A stretch of 64,000 nt of DNA from a virus (taxonomy: Duplodnaviria; Caudoviricetes): IMG/VR virus record IMGVR_UViG_2724679131_000001, positions 3,037 to 67,036 of that record; one strand, 5' to 3'. Of the stretch, positions 36,833 to 47,108 are shown piece after piece. Within the stretch, counting starts at the first letter, position 1, and each line of letters begins with the position of its first letter. The position numbers and the translations under genes are program-made. A model generated the notes under the pieces. It did no database searches. It was not told the DNA's origin and was given only the letters and a program-made list of their open reading frames with translations.

Positions 36833-38135
36833 CGTATCGTAATAGGCGCCTGCCTATCGCGTCTATTACGTTTACTGTTACCGCATTGCCCGCCATTTTA
36901 TAGAGTTGCGAGTTCGATATGCCTGCGTCGACTAACGCTTGATGCGCTTCGTCTGGGAAGCCTTGCAAGCGAAAGCACTCCAGCGGCGTAAGTTTCCGGA
37001 TACGATAGTGTGGCGGAATACCCGTTGCAACTCCGTGACGGTCTTGTGCCGTCAGCGTGAACGACTCCTCGCCGTCATCTTTAAATCGGCGCCCGTTTTG
37101 GCGTTTATTTTCTCGATCTGGCGTGAGTACAGGACGAACTTCTTCCGCAATCTTCGGCTCACGATGACCTCCGCCCATTGTCGTGAGTGTTGGCTCCACG
37201 CCTTCCATGCTGTAAACGCGCTTGATTGCGTCGTGACCTTTTAAATCGACGTGTCTGGGCATTTGCGGCTCGGCAATCTTTGGCTCTGTATTTCCGCCTA
37301 TACCTAAACCACTAGGAGTTGGGCTCACCCCACTGACCGAATATACTTTCTTTCTTTGTTCATGCCCGTTAATCCCTTCGATTTTTCCGAGCATTTGTAA
37401 GCCATCACTATCGATTTCTTGATGACTTTCTAACTGTGCCACCAGTTTCGCTGTCTTTTCTTCGCTCAAATAATACTTTTCATCGACGTTATCTTCGAGA
37501 ATATCTCGCAGCCTTGTCGTCACTTCCGTTTGTGGCGGCCAATCGAAGTTGAACGTCTTAATGCCGTCAATTTGCGAGATTCTGCGTTTGCCTTTCGCTA
37601 CTACGTTTGTTCCTTCGATATGCCACGGTTCGGGCGTAATTAAGTCGTCGCGAATCGCTATGATGAAAATGCGTTCTCTATTTTGTGGAACTCCGAAATA
37701 TTTCGAGTTAAGGACATTAAAGTCGACCGTATATCCAATATCACATAACGTTTGAATAATTGTATTTAGCGTTTTTCCCTTATCGTGTGAAATAAGGCCT
37801 TTTACATTTTCTGCGAGTATTACTTTCGGCTGTTTTGCTTTCGCAATACGCGCCATTTCGAAAAATAGTGTGCCGCGCGTATCCTCGAACCCTAACCGTT
37901 TTCCTGCTACACTAAACGCCTGGCAAGGGAAACCACCTACAAGTAAGTCGTGATCGGGAACGTCGTTTTCGTCAATTTTCGTCACGTCGCCGATAGTCGG
38001 CTCGCCATAAAGCACTTCATAAGCCTTATTCGCGAACTTGTCGATTTCGCTTGCCATGACGCAAGTGCCTCCGAGTTTGTTAAGCGCCTGTTCAAATCCG
38101 CCAATACCGCTGAATAGGGAAACATATTTAAATAT
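36822..38135 (-). CDS. C5-cytosine DNA methyltransferase (ATA start or lost ATG)
   Basis: In-frame FSGIGG motif I upstream of the ORF-track ATG; GFPCQ, ENVKG, QNRER, RKLTPLEC, GNAV. Confidence 0.9.
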   Translation of the reverse strand: MFKYVSLFSGIGGFEQALNKLGGTCVMASEIDKFANKAYEVLYGEPTIGDVTKIDENDVPDHDLLVGGFPCQAFSVAGKRLGFEDTRGTLFFEMARIAKAKQPKVILAENVKGLISHDKGKTLNTIIQTLCDIGYTVDFNVLNSKYFGVPQNRERIFIIAIRDDLITPEPWHIEGTNVVAKGKRRISQIDGIKTFNFDWPPQTEVTTRLRDILEDNVDEKYYLSEEKTAKLVAQLESHQEIDSDGLQMLGKIEGINGHEQRKKVYSVSGVSPTPSGLGIGGNTEPKIAEPQMPRHVDLKGHDAIKRVYSMEGVEPTLTTMGGGHREPKIAEEVRPVLTPDRENKRQNGRRFKDDGEESFTLTAQDRHGVATGIPPHYRIRKLTPLECFRLQGFPDEAHQALVDAGISNSQLYKMAGNAVTVNVIDAIGRRLLRYVTY

Positions 38136-38697
38136 ACGAATCAGCCTCCTTTATTTTCGCCATCACATCGTCTACTTTCGCGCATAAATCGTCTAGCTTG
38201 CCGTCATTCACGATTTCGAAGTCTACATCAAACTTGTCGACCCACTGTTCGGTATCATGCGCCAGGTCAGCTTCAGTAAAGTCGTCGCCAGCTTCTACCG
38301 CCCGGGCAACGCGCAGCTCGTCCGGTGCTGTGACACGCACGACCGTAAAGCCATTGGCGCGCGCCCATTCGTACTCGTGCGGCTGGCGACCATCCGATAC
38401 GACGATGCCTTTTGTCGATTTCGAGTCCAGCACCTGCTTGTATGCTGCGTCGACGTGCTTGACCCACACGAGCGGATCTATTTCGCGGCACAGCTCGCCA
38501 AACTGCTGATACAAGGCGCGCGGCTTGCCTTCGCCGATGACGTTGCTGTACGCAAACACGCGATGTGCGTAGTATTTCAACGCGTCACCGAACGCCAGCT
38601 CTGTAAAGCCGTAATTGAGCCGCAGCCGATCGGAGACCGTTGACTTGCCCGACCGCATCTTACCAACGATTAGGATTTTCGGCACATTGTCGCTCAC
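38128..38697 (-). CDS. dNMP kinase-like P-loop protein
   Basis: GKMRSGKST, AFGDALK, SDGRQPHE, H.TE. Confidence 0.85.
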   Translation of the reverse strand: MSDNVPKILIVGKMRSGKSTVSDRLRLNYGFTELAFGDALKYYAHRVFAYSNVIGEGKPRALYQQFGELCREIDPLVWVKHVDAAYKQVLDSKSTKGIVVSDGRQPHEYEWARANGFTVVRVTAPDELRVARAVEAGDDFTEADLAHDTEQWVDKFDVDFEIVNDGKLDDLCAKVDDVMAKIKEADSYI

Positions 38698-39401
38698 TCG
38701 CCGTCACCTCCTGCCGCCACCATTACAGCGCGTAATACTGCGGTCAGTTGTGATTCGTTAAAGGTTGACGCCGTGCGATCGTCTAAGAATGCGATGTCGT
38801 GTGTGTTTGACTCCGTCTGCTGGGCAAACTTGTCGAGGTTGCGCTGCGTGTCGGTTAGTTGACGTTCTAATGACGTCACGCGGCGCGCTAGGTTGGCAAT
38901 TAAGTCGATGATTGAATCTGGGTCGTTGGTCGATTCTAACGGAATGAGTACCTTATACCCGTAAGGCCTACGCCCATACTGTCCATAATGAATATGTCCG
39001 TTTTGCTCAACTTTATCGACAATAAATATGCCGTTTGCTTTCTCGCACACATGACCGTTAATAAGCACCTTATCGCCAACTTTTGCTTTGCGCTCGACCA
39101 TGCGGTAGCGTGCGCCATCGATGTGGACGATGTCGGTCGGGCCGAGCGTGGTGAACGTATCACTGCCAGCATCAAGAAATGTTACATCTCCGTATTTTGT
39201 GCTCGGAATATCAACGTCAATTGAACCGTCGTCAAAATCGTCATCCTCGGTGCACTTGCCTATTTTACCGGACGCTTCCGGGCACTCTTCACATTTATGC
39301 ACGTACACATAGTCGCCAACCTCCGCCGGACGGTCAATCTCGACATATTCCCGCAGCACTCCGCCCAGTGATTCGTCTGCTAATACGTGTACCTTCGTCA
39401 T
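38694..39401 (-). CDS. Phage hypothetical protein
   Basis: REYVE.DR.A.VGD and R.AKVGD repeats, coiled-coil end. Confidence 0.75.
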   Translation of the reverse strand: MTKVHVLADESLGGVLREYVEIDRPAEVGDYVYVHKCEECPEASGKIGKCTEDDDFDDGSIDVDIPSTKYGDVTFLDAGSDTFTTLGPTDIVHIDGARYRMVERKAKVGDKVLINGHVCEKANGIFIVDKVEQNGHIHYGQYGRRPYGYKVLIPLESTNDPDSIIDLIANLARRVTSLERQLTDTQRNLDKFAQQTESNTHDIAFLDDRTASTFNESQLTAVLRAVMVAAGGDGE

Positions 39402-39547
39402 TATTCAGCCTCCTTTAATAACTCCGCCTGCTTACGCTGTGCTTCTGTAAGTTGTTGCCTTGCATACCACAAGTCTAAATTCGCTTCTTTAAGCCGTTTT
39501 TCTGCGAGTAGCACCCTAGTGCGCCAATATGCTACATCGTCAGCCAT
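39401..39547 (-). CDS. 48-aa coiled-coil protein (not in ORF track)
   Basis: GGAGGTG RBS; coupled with neighbours. Confidence 0.6.
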   Translation of the reverse strand: MADDVAYWRTRVLLAEKRLKEANLDLWYARQQLTEAQRKQAELLKEAE

Positions 39548-39549
39548 CG

Positions 39550-40281
39550 TCACACCTCCGCAAAAAACTGTTCCGTCCAGGTCTCGACTTCGACGACCGC
39601 CTGCCGTAGTGCTTCTGCCAACTGCGTAATCTCATGCTGTGCTCCGCGCCCCGGCTTCCGCTTACTGTAAAAATCGAGCAGCGCCCGCAAATTTGCCGTC
39701 ATGACGAGGTTTGTCGCGGTTGCGTTGGGCAACACTGCACGGGCATCTTCGGCAGGCACGCCAGCTTTGCGCAACCGGTCGTACGCATACTGGGCGGCGT
39801 CCATCGCTTCATCAAAGTATTCTCGCGTGGTAACGTCTACCCTATGAGGCACGACGTAATTAAACCCGCCCGACTTGTCGCCACTGCCTAGTTTGACGTA
39901 CCGCTGGCTTTGCACGCTGAACGAAAAGCCGACACGGTGGCGTGTTAGCTGTGCTAGTAACGCCCGACTAATGCCTTCAATCGCAAAGGTGAACGTCAGA
40001 TGCTCGAGTGTCGACAGATGTTTACTGCGGAATATCGACCGAAACAGCCGGTCAGCGTCCGTGCCTGGGCCGCCGTCTGTCGCCTGCTTACCGAAGTACT
40101 TCGCGCCCTCCTTTACGACGATTTCACTAGGCTTATTCGGTGAATAGCATGTACGAATAGCCGTCAGGGCGACCGCTTGGCCATCCGTGTAATCCGGCAT
40201 CCGTTCCATTTCGCTGTGCATTGCTAAATCCACCATAAACTCGGCACTTAACTGCGTATGCGCTAATAATTTTACGTTCAT
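39550..40281 (-). CDS. thyX: Flavin-dependent thymidylate synthase
   Basis: H.STLEH, QLTRHR, SVQSQRYV, EDARAVLP, AQHEI. Confidence 0.95.
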   Translation of the reverse strand: MNVKLLAHTQLSAEFMVDLAMHSEMERMPDYTDGQAVALTAIRTCYSPNKPSEIVVKEGAKYFGKQATDGGPGTDADRLFRSIFRSKHLSTLEHLTFTFAIEGISRALLAQLTRHRVGFSFSVQSQRYVKLGSGDKSGGFNYVVPHRVDVTTREYFDEAMDAAQYAYDRLRKAGVPAEDARAVLPNATATNLVMTANLRALLDFYSKRKPGRGAQHEITQLAEALRQAVVEVETWTEQFFAEV

Positions 40282-40943
40282 TCATTTGGCATCGCTTCCG
40301 TAGCTTTCTCAATTTCATCCATGACACTATCAAATCGTTCTTCGTGCGATTCCTTCACTACACCCGTGCTGCCAAAGCCTCCTGTGCCGCGGCTGCTGTC
40401 ATCCAGTTCGTCGACTTCCATAAACGTTGCGTGCTTGACCGGCGCGATAACGCCCTGCGCGATGCGATCGCCTTTGCGTATTAAATACGTATCGTTCGGG
40501 TATATATCGCCACTTGTCCGGTAGTCGATTCCGTCAACATGCGTTAAATACTGCGCCACGTTTTCGTACGCATTTTCCGCGGTGTTATCGACAATCACGC
40601 CGATTTCGCCTCTATATCCGGCGTCCACCGTGCCGAGTTGTACACGCAGTTTCGTTTTTAGCGTAATACCCGACCGTGGTCGTATTTGCAACTCGTAACC
40701 TTCCGGCAACTCGAACGCAAGCCCTGTCGGCACTTTGACCGTTTCGCCAGGCTCGACAATTATATCCTCAACGGCAACGAGATCGAATCCTGCGTCGCCG
40801 GTCTTGGCGTATTGCGGGATTACTGCGTCTGGGTGTAGGCGTTTAATTTTGACGCTAAGACTTGATGGTGGCGTACAATCGAGTATGCTGTCGTGCCTTT
40901 TTTCCGGCGTACATTTCGCTAATAAATCATCTAATTTACTCAT
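40278..40943 (-). CDS. dut: Trimeric dUTPase
   Basis: AGFDL, RPRSG, GTVDAGYRGE, RIAQ, RGTGGFGSTG. Confidence 0.95.
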   Translation of the reverse strand: MSKLDDLLAKCTPEKRHDSILDCTPPSSLSVKIKRLHPDAVIPQYAKTGDAGFDLVAVEDIIVEPGETVKVPTGLAFELPEGYELQIRPRSGITLKTKLRVQLGTVDAGYRGEIGVIVDNTAENAYENVAQYLTHVDGIDYRTSGDIYPNDTYLIRKGDRIAQGVIAPVKHATFMEVDELDDSSRGTGGFGSTGVVKESHEERFDSVMDEIEKATEAMPNE

Positions 40944-40962
40944 CCGTATCCCTCCGATCTAT

Positions 40963-41217
40963 TTAGTCCTTAACTAATTTCTTACCGTCTCTTATGCCAA
41001 TCTTATAAGCTTCTTCTATAGCATCCACAAAATCCCTAAAGTCACGAGAAAATCTCGCATCTTCTGGCTCAACCGCATCCGACAAAATCATTACGGTTTT
41101 ATAACCATCGGTGATTTTTATATAGTTTGCGTACTCTTTTCCGCAACCGTTGTTAGGTTGAATTTCCTTTTCTTCTTCGGTTAAATCTTCAAATGAAACA
41201 AGGTTAACTTTTAGCAC
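40963..41217 (-). CDS. Hypothetical protein
   Basis: AAGGAG RBS, GTG start. Confidence 0.65.
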   Translation of the reverse strand: MLKVNLVSFEDLTEEEKEIQPNNGCGKEYANYIKITDGYKTVMILSDAVEPEDARFSRDFRDFVDAIEEAYKIGIRDGKKLVKD

Positions 41218-41237
41218 TTAACTCATCTCCTTTTCGT

Positions 41238-41960
41238 TTACTCCGCCACATCCCCGCGTGCCTCCAACTCGGCAAACTCCGGCGCCATCTCATGATTCCG
41301 CAGAATGTCCTCGACTATTTCTACGACCGGATGCCGTTGCGTCTCCGTTAGGTTCACGTGGTCGAAATACTCGAACGCCTGCCGGTCGTACAAGCCGACG
41401 AGCAGCTGGTACAGCCCGTTATGCTCGGGCTTGCGTAACCGGCCCACGTCTATTTGCGCGAAGTTGCCCATAAATACGAATTTTGCATTAATGCCCGGCC
41501 GTGTCGCAAGTGCCGCCATCGTGCCAACGTCTAAGTTTTGGCACTCGTCCGCGAGCAGGAACGTATGATTAAGCGACCGACCGCGCACCGTCTGAATGGA
41601 GTCAAAGAATATTTTGCGCTTGTCCTCGTCGCCCTCCGTGAAATATCGTTTTAGCTCGCCAGGCCGCTCCGTCAATACGTCGAGGTTATCCATAAACGGC
41701 GCAATGAACGGATAAGTCTTTTCGTTTAGGTCGCCCGGCAATGCGCCGACATCCATGCCGACCTGCGTTTGCAGCCGCGTGTAGATCAGTTTGCGGTGCT
41801 GTCGGCGCTCGAGGACGCTGTCTAACCCGACGGCTTGCGCGATTAACGTTTTGCCACTGCCTGCCGGGCCGGTAAGGAACGTGAAAGGCTTCGAATTGCT
41901 TAACGCTTGCATTGCTCGTTTCTGCGCTTCGTTGCGCGCAGTTAGTCCGAAAAATGCCAT
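41238..41960 (-). CDS. phoH: PhoH-family ATPase
   Basis: ARN..Q, GPAGSGKT, LPGDL.EK..P, RGRS, DECQN, RHP. Confidence 0.92.
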   Translation of the reverse strand: MAFFGLTARNEAQKRAMQALSNSKPFTFLTGPAGSGKTLIAQAVGLDSVLERRQHRKLIYTRLQTQVGMDVGALPGDLNEKTYPFIAPFMDNLDVLTERPGELKRYFTEGDEDKRKIFFDSIQTVRGRSLNHTFLLADECQNLDVGTMAALATRPGINAKFVFMGNFAQIDVGRLRKPEHNGLYQLLVGLYDRQAFEYFDHVNLTETQRHPVVEIVEDILRNHEMAPEFAELEARGDVAE

Positions 41961-42000
41961 CGTTGTCCCCCCTTTCGGGCGCCAGCACGACGCCCCTCTA

Positions 42001-42035
42001 CTTTATATATCGTAAGTTACACGGTAATCGTGGCG
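42001..42035 (-). promoter_or_regulatory. Phage-specific promoter type 1 (GCCAC-N14-TTACGATATATAAAG)
   Basis: Same arrangement at 62176-62209. Confidence 0.65.
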
Positions 42036-42037
42036 TA

Positions 42038-43003
42038 TTAATCGAATAAAAAGTCTTCGTCACGTATCGGCTCCACTTTCGCCTTTTTATATCCGTTACC
42101 TTTCATCGAGAAAAAGTCGTGTGACTTCGTTTTCGTCGATAATCCGTTAATTACGATCGGGTTGACCGGTCCGTGGTCGAAATGCCCGTTAAAACCGAGG
42201 TTAGAAAGTGCTTTATTTGCGTTATACTGAACGAATGTCTTAACGTCATGAGATAAGTCAACGCTGTCGTAAACGTCATGCGTATACTCGACCTCGTTTT
42301 CGTAAAGTTTTTCAAGCAGTGCAAGCGTGAATTGATATAACGACGCTTGAGTTTCCACAGACTGTTTTTGGTAAATCTCCTGCGCCAGTAAGCCGATATA
42401 AACTCCGTGAATCGCTTCGTCACGGATTATCAAATTGATAATCTCGCCACAATTCATCAGCTTTCCTTGTCCGTAAAAATACAACGGATAATAAAAGCCG
42501 GAGTAAAAAAGGAAACTTTCGAGTAAAACCGATGCGACCATCGCCTTATACAATGAAATTTCATCCGTTATACTTTCGTATATCCAGCCGATAATAGAAG
42601 CTTTCCGTTGCAAGTACAGATTTTCTTGTACCCACCGGAATAACCCGTCAATTTCTTCCGTGGTCGCTAACGTCATGAAAATGTTAGAATACGACTTCGC
42701 ATGTACTGCGTTTTCCATCGCAGCCATAAACGACAGAACAGCCTTGCGCTGGTGCCCGTCAACATGGTCGACTAGCCGATGCACGCCGACGTCACCTTGC
42801 AGGGTGTCAAGGGCGGTTAAGCCCGCAAGCACCCGCATGTACGCTGTACGTTCGTCCTCCGTCAATCCTTTCCACGAATGAATGTCACCTGTGAGCGAAA
42901 TCTCTTCCGGCAGCCAAAATTGCCGTGTGTTCTGCGCGTAAAATATTTGTGTAAACTCGTCCTCGTGTTTCGACCAATCGGCCGCAGTGTATATTTTCGA
43001 CAA
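42038..43003 (-). CDS. nrdF: Class Ib ribonucleotide reductase beta subunit
   Basis: [42 protein letters not shown]. Confidence 0.95.
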   Translation of the reverse strand: MSKIYTAADWSKHEDEFTQIFYAQNTRQFWLPEEISLTGDIHSWKGLTEDERTAYMRVLAGLTALDTLQGDVGVHRLVDHVDGHQRKAVLSFMAAMENAVHAKSYSNIFMTLATTEEIDGLFRWVQENLYLQRKASIIGWIYESITDEISLYKAMVASVLLESFLFYSGFYYPLYFYGQGKLMNCGEIINLIIRDEAIHGVYIGLLAQEIYQKQSVETQASLYQFTLALLEKLYENEVEYTHDVYDSVDLSHDVKTFVQYNANKALSNLGFNGHFDHGPVNPIVINGLSTKTKSHDFFSMKGNGYKKAKVEPIRDEDFLFD

Positions 43004-43022
43004 AGTACCGCCTCCCTTTTAA

Positions 43023-45110
43023 TCAAACCGTGCAGCTTAAGCAATCGTCTTGGCCGGTGTCTTTCGTGCGCACGTAATAAATCGTCTTGATTCCGCGATG
43101 GTGTGCGTACAAGTCGAGCCTCGTCAAGTCGCGCGTGGTATGCGAATCCTTCACGAAGAATGTAAACGAAATGCCCTGGTCGACATGGCGCTGAATGGTC
43201 GCGATCATATCAATCACTTTCCGCATATCCATGTCGTATGCTTCTTTGTATAAAAACCATGTTTTCGGCGAAAGTCCTGGCATTGGATAATAGGTTTTTG
43301 AGTTACCGTATGTTCGCTCCTCTATCCGTTCCATAATTGGCATGACCGAAGCCGTCGCCGACTGTACGTAGCTTATCGAGCCAGTCGGTGCGATAGCCAG
43401 CCGATAAGCGTTATAAAGGCCGGTGTCCATTACTTTTCGCTGGAGCTCCATCCAGTCTGATGCTGTCGGTAAATAAATGCCTTTGAATAGTTCGGCGACA
43501 CGTTCCGATTTTGGCCACACAGGATTGGAAATGTACGGTTCAAAGTACGTTCCATCGGCATAGTTTGAATCTTCAAAACCGTCGAAAGTCGTTCCCAATT
43601 CGGTAGCTATTTCATTTGAGCGTACCAATGACCAATAGTTTACCGTTGCAAAGAAGACGTCAGCAAATTCGCGTGCTACTTCACTTTCATACGGAATACC
43701 TTGCTGTGCCATAAAACCGTGTAGGTTCATGGCGCCTAAACCGATAGAATGCATTAGCCTATTCGCCTTTTCTACAGCTGGCGCATTGCCTATGGACGTT
43801 TTATCGGATACCACTGTCAGTGCATCTACCGCCAATTTAACGGACTTTTCGAGTGACTTATTCGCCATAACGTTTGCGATATTTAACGAGCCGAGATTGC
43901 AGGAAATGTCAAACCCTAAAATATCCGGTAGCCCGTAATCTGTGTATTTAGATACATCGCTAAATTGAAGCACTTCAGAACAGAGGTTCGAAAACTTTAC
44001 TCTACCTAAATTCCCAAGTGCATGTACTCGATTAACATTGTCGCTGAACATGATGTACGGATAACCGGACTCAAAGCGAAGCGCTGCGATTTTTTCAAGC
44101 AAATGACGTGGATTTATCTTATCTTTACGAACATTCGGGTTATCGACAAGTTCGTCGTACATTTCCGTTATGTCCATATCGTCTAGGTGCTTGCCATAAG
44201 CCTTATACACGGAATACGGGTAAAATACATAAGCTGGTTTGTTTTCACGTGCCAGTTCTATAAATTTGTCGGGAATAACCACGCCAATACTCAACGTTTT
44301 AACGCGGAAATCTTCATCGGCATTAATCTTCTTCGTTTCGAGAAAGTCGTTAATATCCGCGTGAAACACGTTAAGATATACAGCACCTGCGCCCGGCCTT
44401 TGCCCCATCTGATCTGCATACCTAAACGCATGGTCGAGCATTTTCATGACGCCGACAACGCCTTTCGCGACGTTCTCAATCCCTTTTATAGGCTCACCTT
44501 TCGCCCTAATCTTCGAAAGGTTTAAGGATACCCCGCCGCCAATTTTAGAAAGCTGTTTTGCGGTAGATTCCGCCATATTAATATCATTCAGCGAATCCCC
44601 TACTTCAAGCAGAAAACACGACACCAGTTCGCCGCGACGGGATCTCCCCGCGTTTAAAAACGTTGGCGTAGCCGGCTGATATTCTTGATTGATTAATAGT
44701 TTCGCAAACTCTACCGCCTTTTTCGCATCGCCGTCCGCAAGGAATAGGGCCACAATCGACACGCGATCCTCGTACCGTTCTAGTATCTTTTTGCCGTCGT
44801 TCGTTTTAAGTGCGTAGTCGTTATAGAATTTAAAAGCGCTCATATACGAAGGAAATCGGAATTTCTTCGCATACGCCGTTTCATAGACGCGTTTAATATC
44901 TTCGAAACGGTACTTTGCAAGCAGACTACCGTCGTAATAACCATTTTCAACAAGGTAGTCGAGTTTCTCACGTAAATCGTGAAAGAATACCGTATTTTGG
45001 TTTACGTAATCGATAAAATAAGCTTTGACCGCTTCTTTATCTTTTTCGAGTTGAAGTATTCCGTTTTCATCACGTTGCATAATTTCGTTATTTAGTCGGA
45101 TATACCGCAC
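43023..45110 (-). CDS. nrdE: Class Ib ribonucleotide reductase alpha subunit
   Basis: PATPTFLN, VSCFLL, SNLCSE, APTGSISY, C-terminal CLSC. Confidence 0.96.
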   Translation of the reverse strand: MRYIRLNNEIMQRDENGILQLEKDKEAVKAYFIDYVNQNTVFFHDLREKLDYLVENGYYDGSLLAKYRFEDIKRVYETAYAKKFRFPSYMSAFKFYNDYALKTNDGKKILERYEDRVSIVALFLADGDAKKAVEFAKLLINQEYQPATPTFLNAGRSRRGELVSCFLLEVGDSLNDINMAESTAKQLSKIGGGVSLNLSKIRAKGEPIKGIENVAKGVVGVMKMLDHAFRYADQMGQRPGAGAVYLNVFHADINDFLETKKINADEDFRVKTLSIGVVIPDKFIELARENKPAYVFYPYSVYKAYGKHLDDMDITEMYDELVDNPNVRKDKINPRHLLEKIAALRFESGYPYIMFSDNVNRVHALGNLGRVKFSNLCSEVLQFSDVSKYTDYGLPDILGFDISCNLGSLNIANVMANKSLEKSVKLAVDALTVVSDKTSIGNAPAVEKANRLMHSIGLGAMNLHGFMAQQGIPYESEVAREFADVFFATVNYWSLVRSNEIATELGTTFDGFEDSNYADGTYFEPYISNPVWPKSERVAELFKGIYLPTASDWMELQRKVMDTGLYNAYRLAIAPTGSISYVQSATASVMPIMERIEERTYGNSKTYYPMPGLSPKTWFLYKEAYDMDMRKVIDMIATIQRHVDQGISFTFFVKDSHTTRDLTRLDLYAHHRGIKTIYYVRTKDTGQDDCLSCTV

Positions 45111-45451
45111 TTAACCACCTTCTCCACAAAAGTTTTAACATCGTTCTCCGTACCAGCTAACTCAAACTTAAGCAATAACGGTACACCGTATTGTTCTGCA
45201 ATGATGTCGCCAGCCCTTCCGTAGTTATCGCCCCAGTTACGATTACCGCTAACGGCGACACCACGGAGTAAATGACCGTTTGTTTCCAGGAATTTCGAAA
45301 CTTTCGGGGGCACTTCGCCGAATCCGATCGTATACGTGACTAATACGAAAGGTTCGGTTACAGTTAAGCCGGGTTGAATTTCCTCGGCAGCCAGCCCAGT
45401 CTTTGCGACAAATCGGCGCACGTTACCTGTTAAAGATGCGTAATATATCAT
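45092..45451 (-). CDS. nrdI: NrdI flavodoxin
   Basis: SLTGNV.RF, SGNRNWG, FELAG. Confidence 0.95.
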   Translation of the reverse strand: MIYYASLTGNVRRFVAKTGLAAEEIQPGLTVTEPFVLVTYTIGFGEVPPKVSKFLETNGHLLRGVAVSGNRNWGDNYGRAGDIIAEQYGVPLLLKFELAGTENDVKTFVEKVVKCGISD

Positions 45452-45609
45452 TTTGCCTTCTTCAACTCTCTTTCTATTTCCGCCCGAGCTCGCCGTTTAC
45501 TTTCGAGTTCGAGCGTCGTGCTAAGCAGCGAACGTTCCAGCCGGCTTTTACGATATTCCAAGTCGGCGATGTCTTGCTCGGTGAGTTCGAGTATTTTGCG
45601 GAGGTTCAT
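45448..45609 (-). CDS. 53-aa coiled-coil protein (not in ORF track)
   Basis: ATGA overlaps at both ends. Confidence 0.6.
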   Translation of the reverse strand: MNLRKILELTEQDIADLEYRKSRLERSLLSTTLELESKRRARAEIERELKKAK

Positions 45610-46106
45610 TTCGTAATCAGTCCTTTTTGTATCGCATAAGCTAACCCAATTGCGACCGCATCGCTTTCATCGTCCGTTGCAAATTCGCCTTTGTAGCCGG
45701 TCAACTTTCTCACAGCGTCGGCTACTTCGTCTTTTTCCGCCTTTCCGTTACCGACGACCGTTTTCTTGACGGCCGACTGGCTTATGGCTGGCGTTGTGAA
45801 GTTTAATCCGAATTTGTTCAACGCTTGGTCAATCGCTCCCCATGCCGAGAATACCGGATGGTTTTGGCGGCTTGACCGGCCGTTAAAGTCCTCGCGTACT
45901 ACCACGTCGAAACCGTCCTTGCCGATATGGTCAGCGATAAACAATGTCGCCCAGCTTTCGACGATCTCGGCGCGCAGACCATGCGGCTGTTTGCTGTCGG
46001 TCACAACGTGTGATAGTGCGGTGATAGTCGGCTTGCCCCGCGTGATTGTGACGATGGCAACGCCGGGACGTGCCATAGAGGTGTCGAACGCTAGGATGCG
46101 CGTCAT
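45606..46106 (-). CDS. ruvC: RuvC-like Holliday junction resolvase
   Basis: ILAFD, VRE, VKK.V.G.GKA.K, DDESDA. Confidence 0.88.
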   Translation of the reverse strand: MTRILAFDTSMARPGVAIVTITRGKPTITALSHVVTDSKQPHGLRAEIVESWATLFIADHIGKDGFDVVVREDFNGRSSRQNHPVFSAWGAIDQALNKFGLNFTTPAISQSAVKKTVVGNGKAEKDEVADAVRKLTGYKGEFATDDESDAVAIGLAYAIQKGLITK

Positions 46107-46107
46107 T

Positions 46108-47085
46108 TTACGCCCCCTCTCCTTCGCGTACGTCGCGAATAAATTCGAAAGCGTCGTATAGCTGCTGTTTCGTATGTTGCGAGATTCCTGACCGTAACGC
46201 CCGTCTTACTTGCGCTTTGAGTAGCGCATATTCTTCGTCCGTCAGTGACTTCGCACATGCCGTCTTGTAATTGTTAAACGTCCATTTAAACAGGTCGAGG
46301 GGCGGCGGCGTTTTCGATTTCACCGCGTCGAGTACGTCAGTCAGATAATCGAACAGCTTATCGCGGTCGGATTGCGTGATTTCCACGCCAAACGCCCGAA
46401 TGTCTGGCGACTTAGCAAACTCGGCATCGTCGATCACCCAAGCCTTTTTTGCGGCGTTTACGTACAAAATGATGTAGTAGTCGACTCCATACATATGCGA
46501 ATAGCCAACCGTTTGCATAACGTGCCTGTGTTCCGGTTCATGCATCGAATGCAGCGATGTTTTGGATGCTGTTGTTTGTTTCGACTTTATTTCAAGGCCG
46601 ATGCGCACTTCTTCGCCGTCGGGCGTCGTATAGCGCATGATACCGTCAGGTGTGCCGTACAGGTAAAACTTATGCCCGCTATGGTTAACTTCGACATTGC
46701 GTTTCGCAAAGTCCTCGAACATCGGCGTGCCGTCCGGGTTACGCTCGAATTTGAACCGTGCGCCCGGCATGTGCTTTTCGATGAACAGCAAGTCGCGCTG
46801 TATCATGTCGCCGATTGCCGTACCAAGCCGAGTCCACCGCCCTTGATGCGGTGAACGTGCCGTCACATCACGCTTAGCCCCAAGCGCCTTAACGTAAAGC
46901 TCGCGTTTGTCCGAGTTGGCCGCCGAAGGTGAAAAGTACGGCCGCTTTGGCCATACCGGCTTCGCTTCGGCATACCACCGGTGAATCTGCTGGTCGAGCG
47001 CGTTATCGAAAACCTCCGGCCGTGAGTGCCATTCGTTGAGTAAGTCAGTAAATTCCGCTGCTACTTCGTTTATATTGATCGTCAA
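46108..47085 (-). CDS. PD-(D/E)XK (Cas4-like) exonuclease
   Basis: FSPS, GTAIGD, GTPDG, LEIKS, Q..GY. Confidence 0.8.
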   Translation of the reverse strand: MTININEVAAEFTDLLNEWHSRPEVFDNALDQQIHRWYAEAKPVWPKRPYFSPSAANSDKRELYVKALGAKRDVTARSPHQGRWTRLGTAIGDMIQRDLLFIEKHMPGARFKFERNPDGTPMFEDFAKRNVEVNHSGHKFYLYGTPDGIMRYTTPDGEEVRIGLEIKSKQTTASKTSLHSMHEPEHRHVMQTVGYSHMYGVDYYIILYVNAAKKAWVIDDAEFAKSPDIRAFGVEITQSDRDKLFDYLTDVLDAVKSKTPPPLDLFKWTFNNYKTACAKSLTDEEYALLKAQVRRALRSGISQHTKQQLYDAFEFIRDVREGEGA

Positions 47086-47108
47086 TCAATCGTCCCCTCT
47101 CCGGTTAG

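Noticed and set aside
42038-45110. SPbeta-like introns/inteins in nrdE/nrdF, or a metal-free class Ie beta subunit
   Set aside because: Both ORFs are uninterrupted and of normal length; NrdF keeps all Asp/Glu/His ligands
46108-47085. Cas4 as CRISPR adaptation gene
   Set aside because: Lies in the replication module, lacks the four-Cys cluster, no Cas1/Cas2 or array
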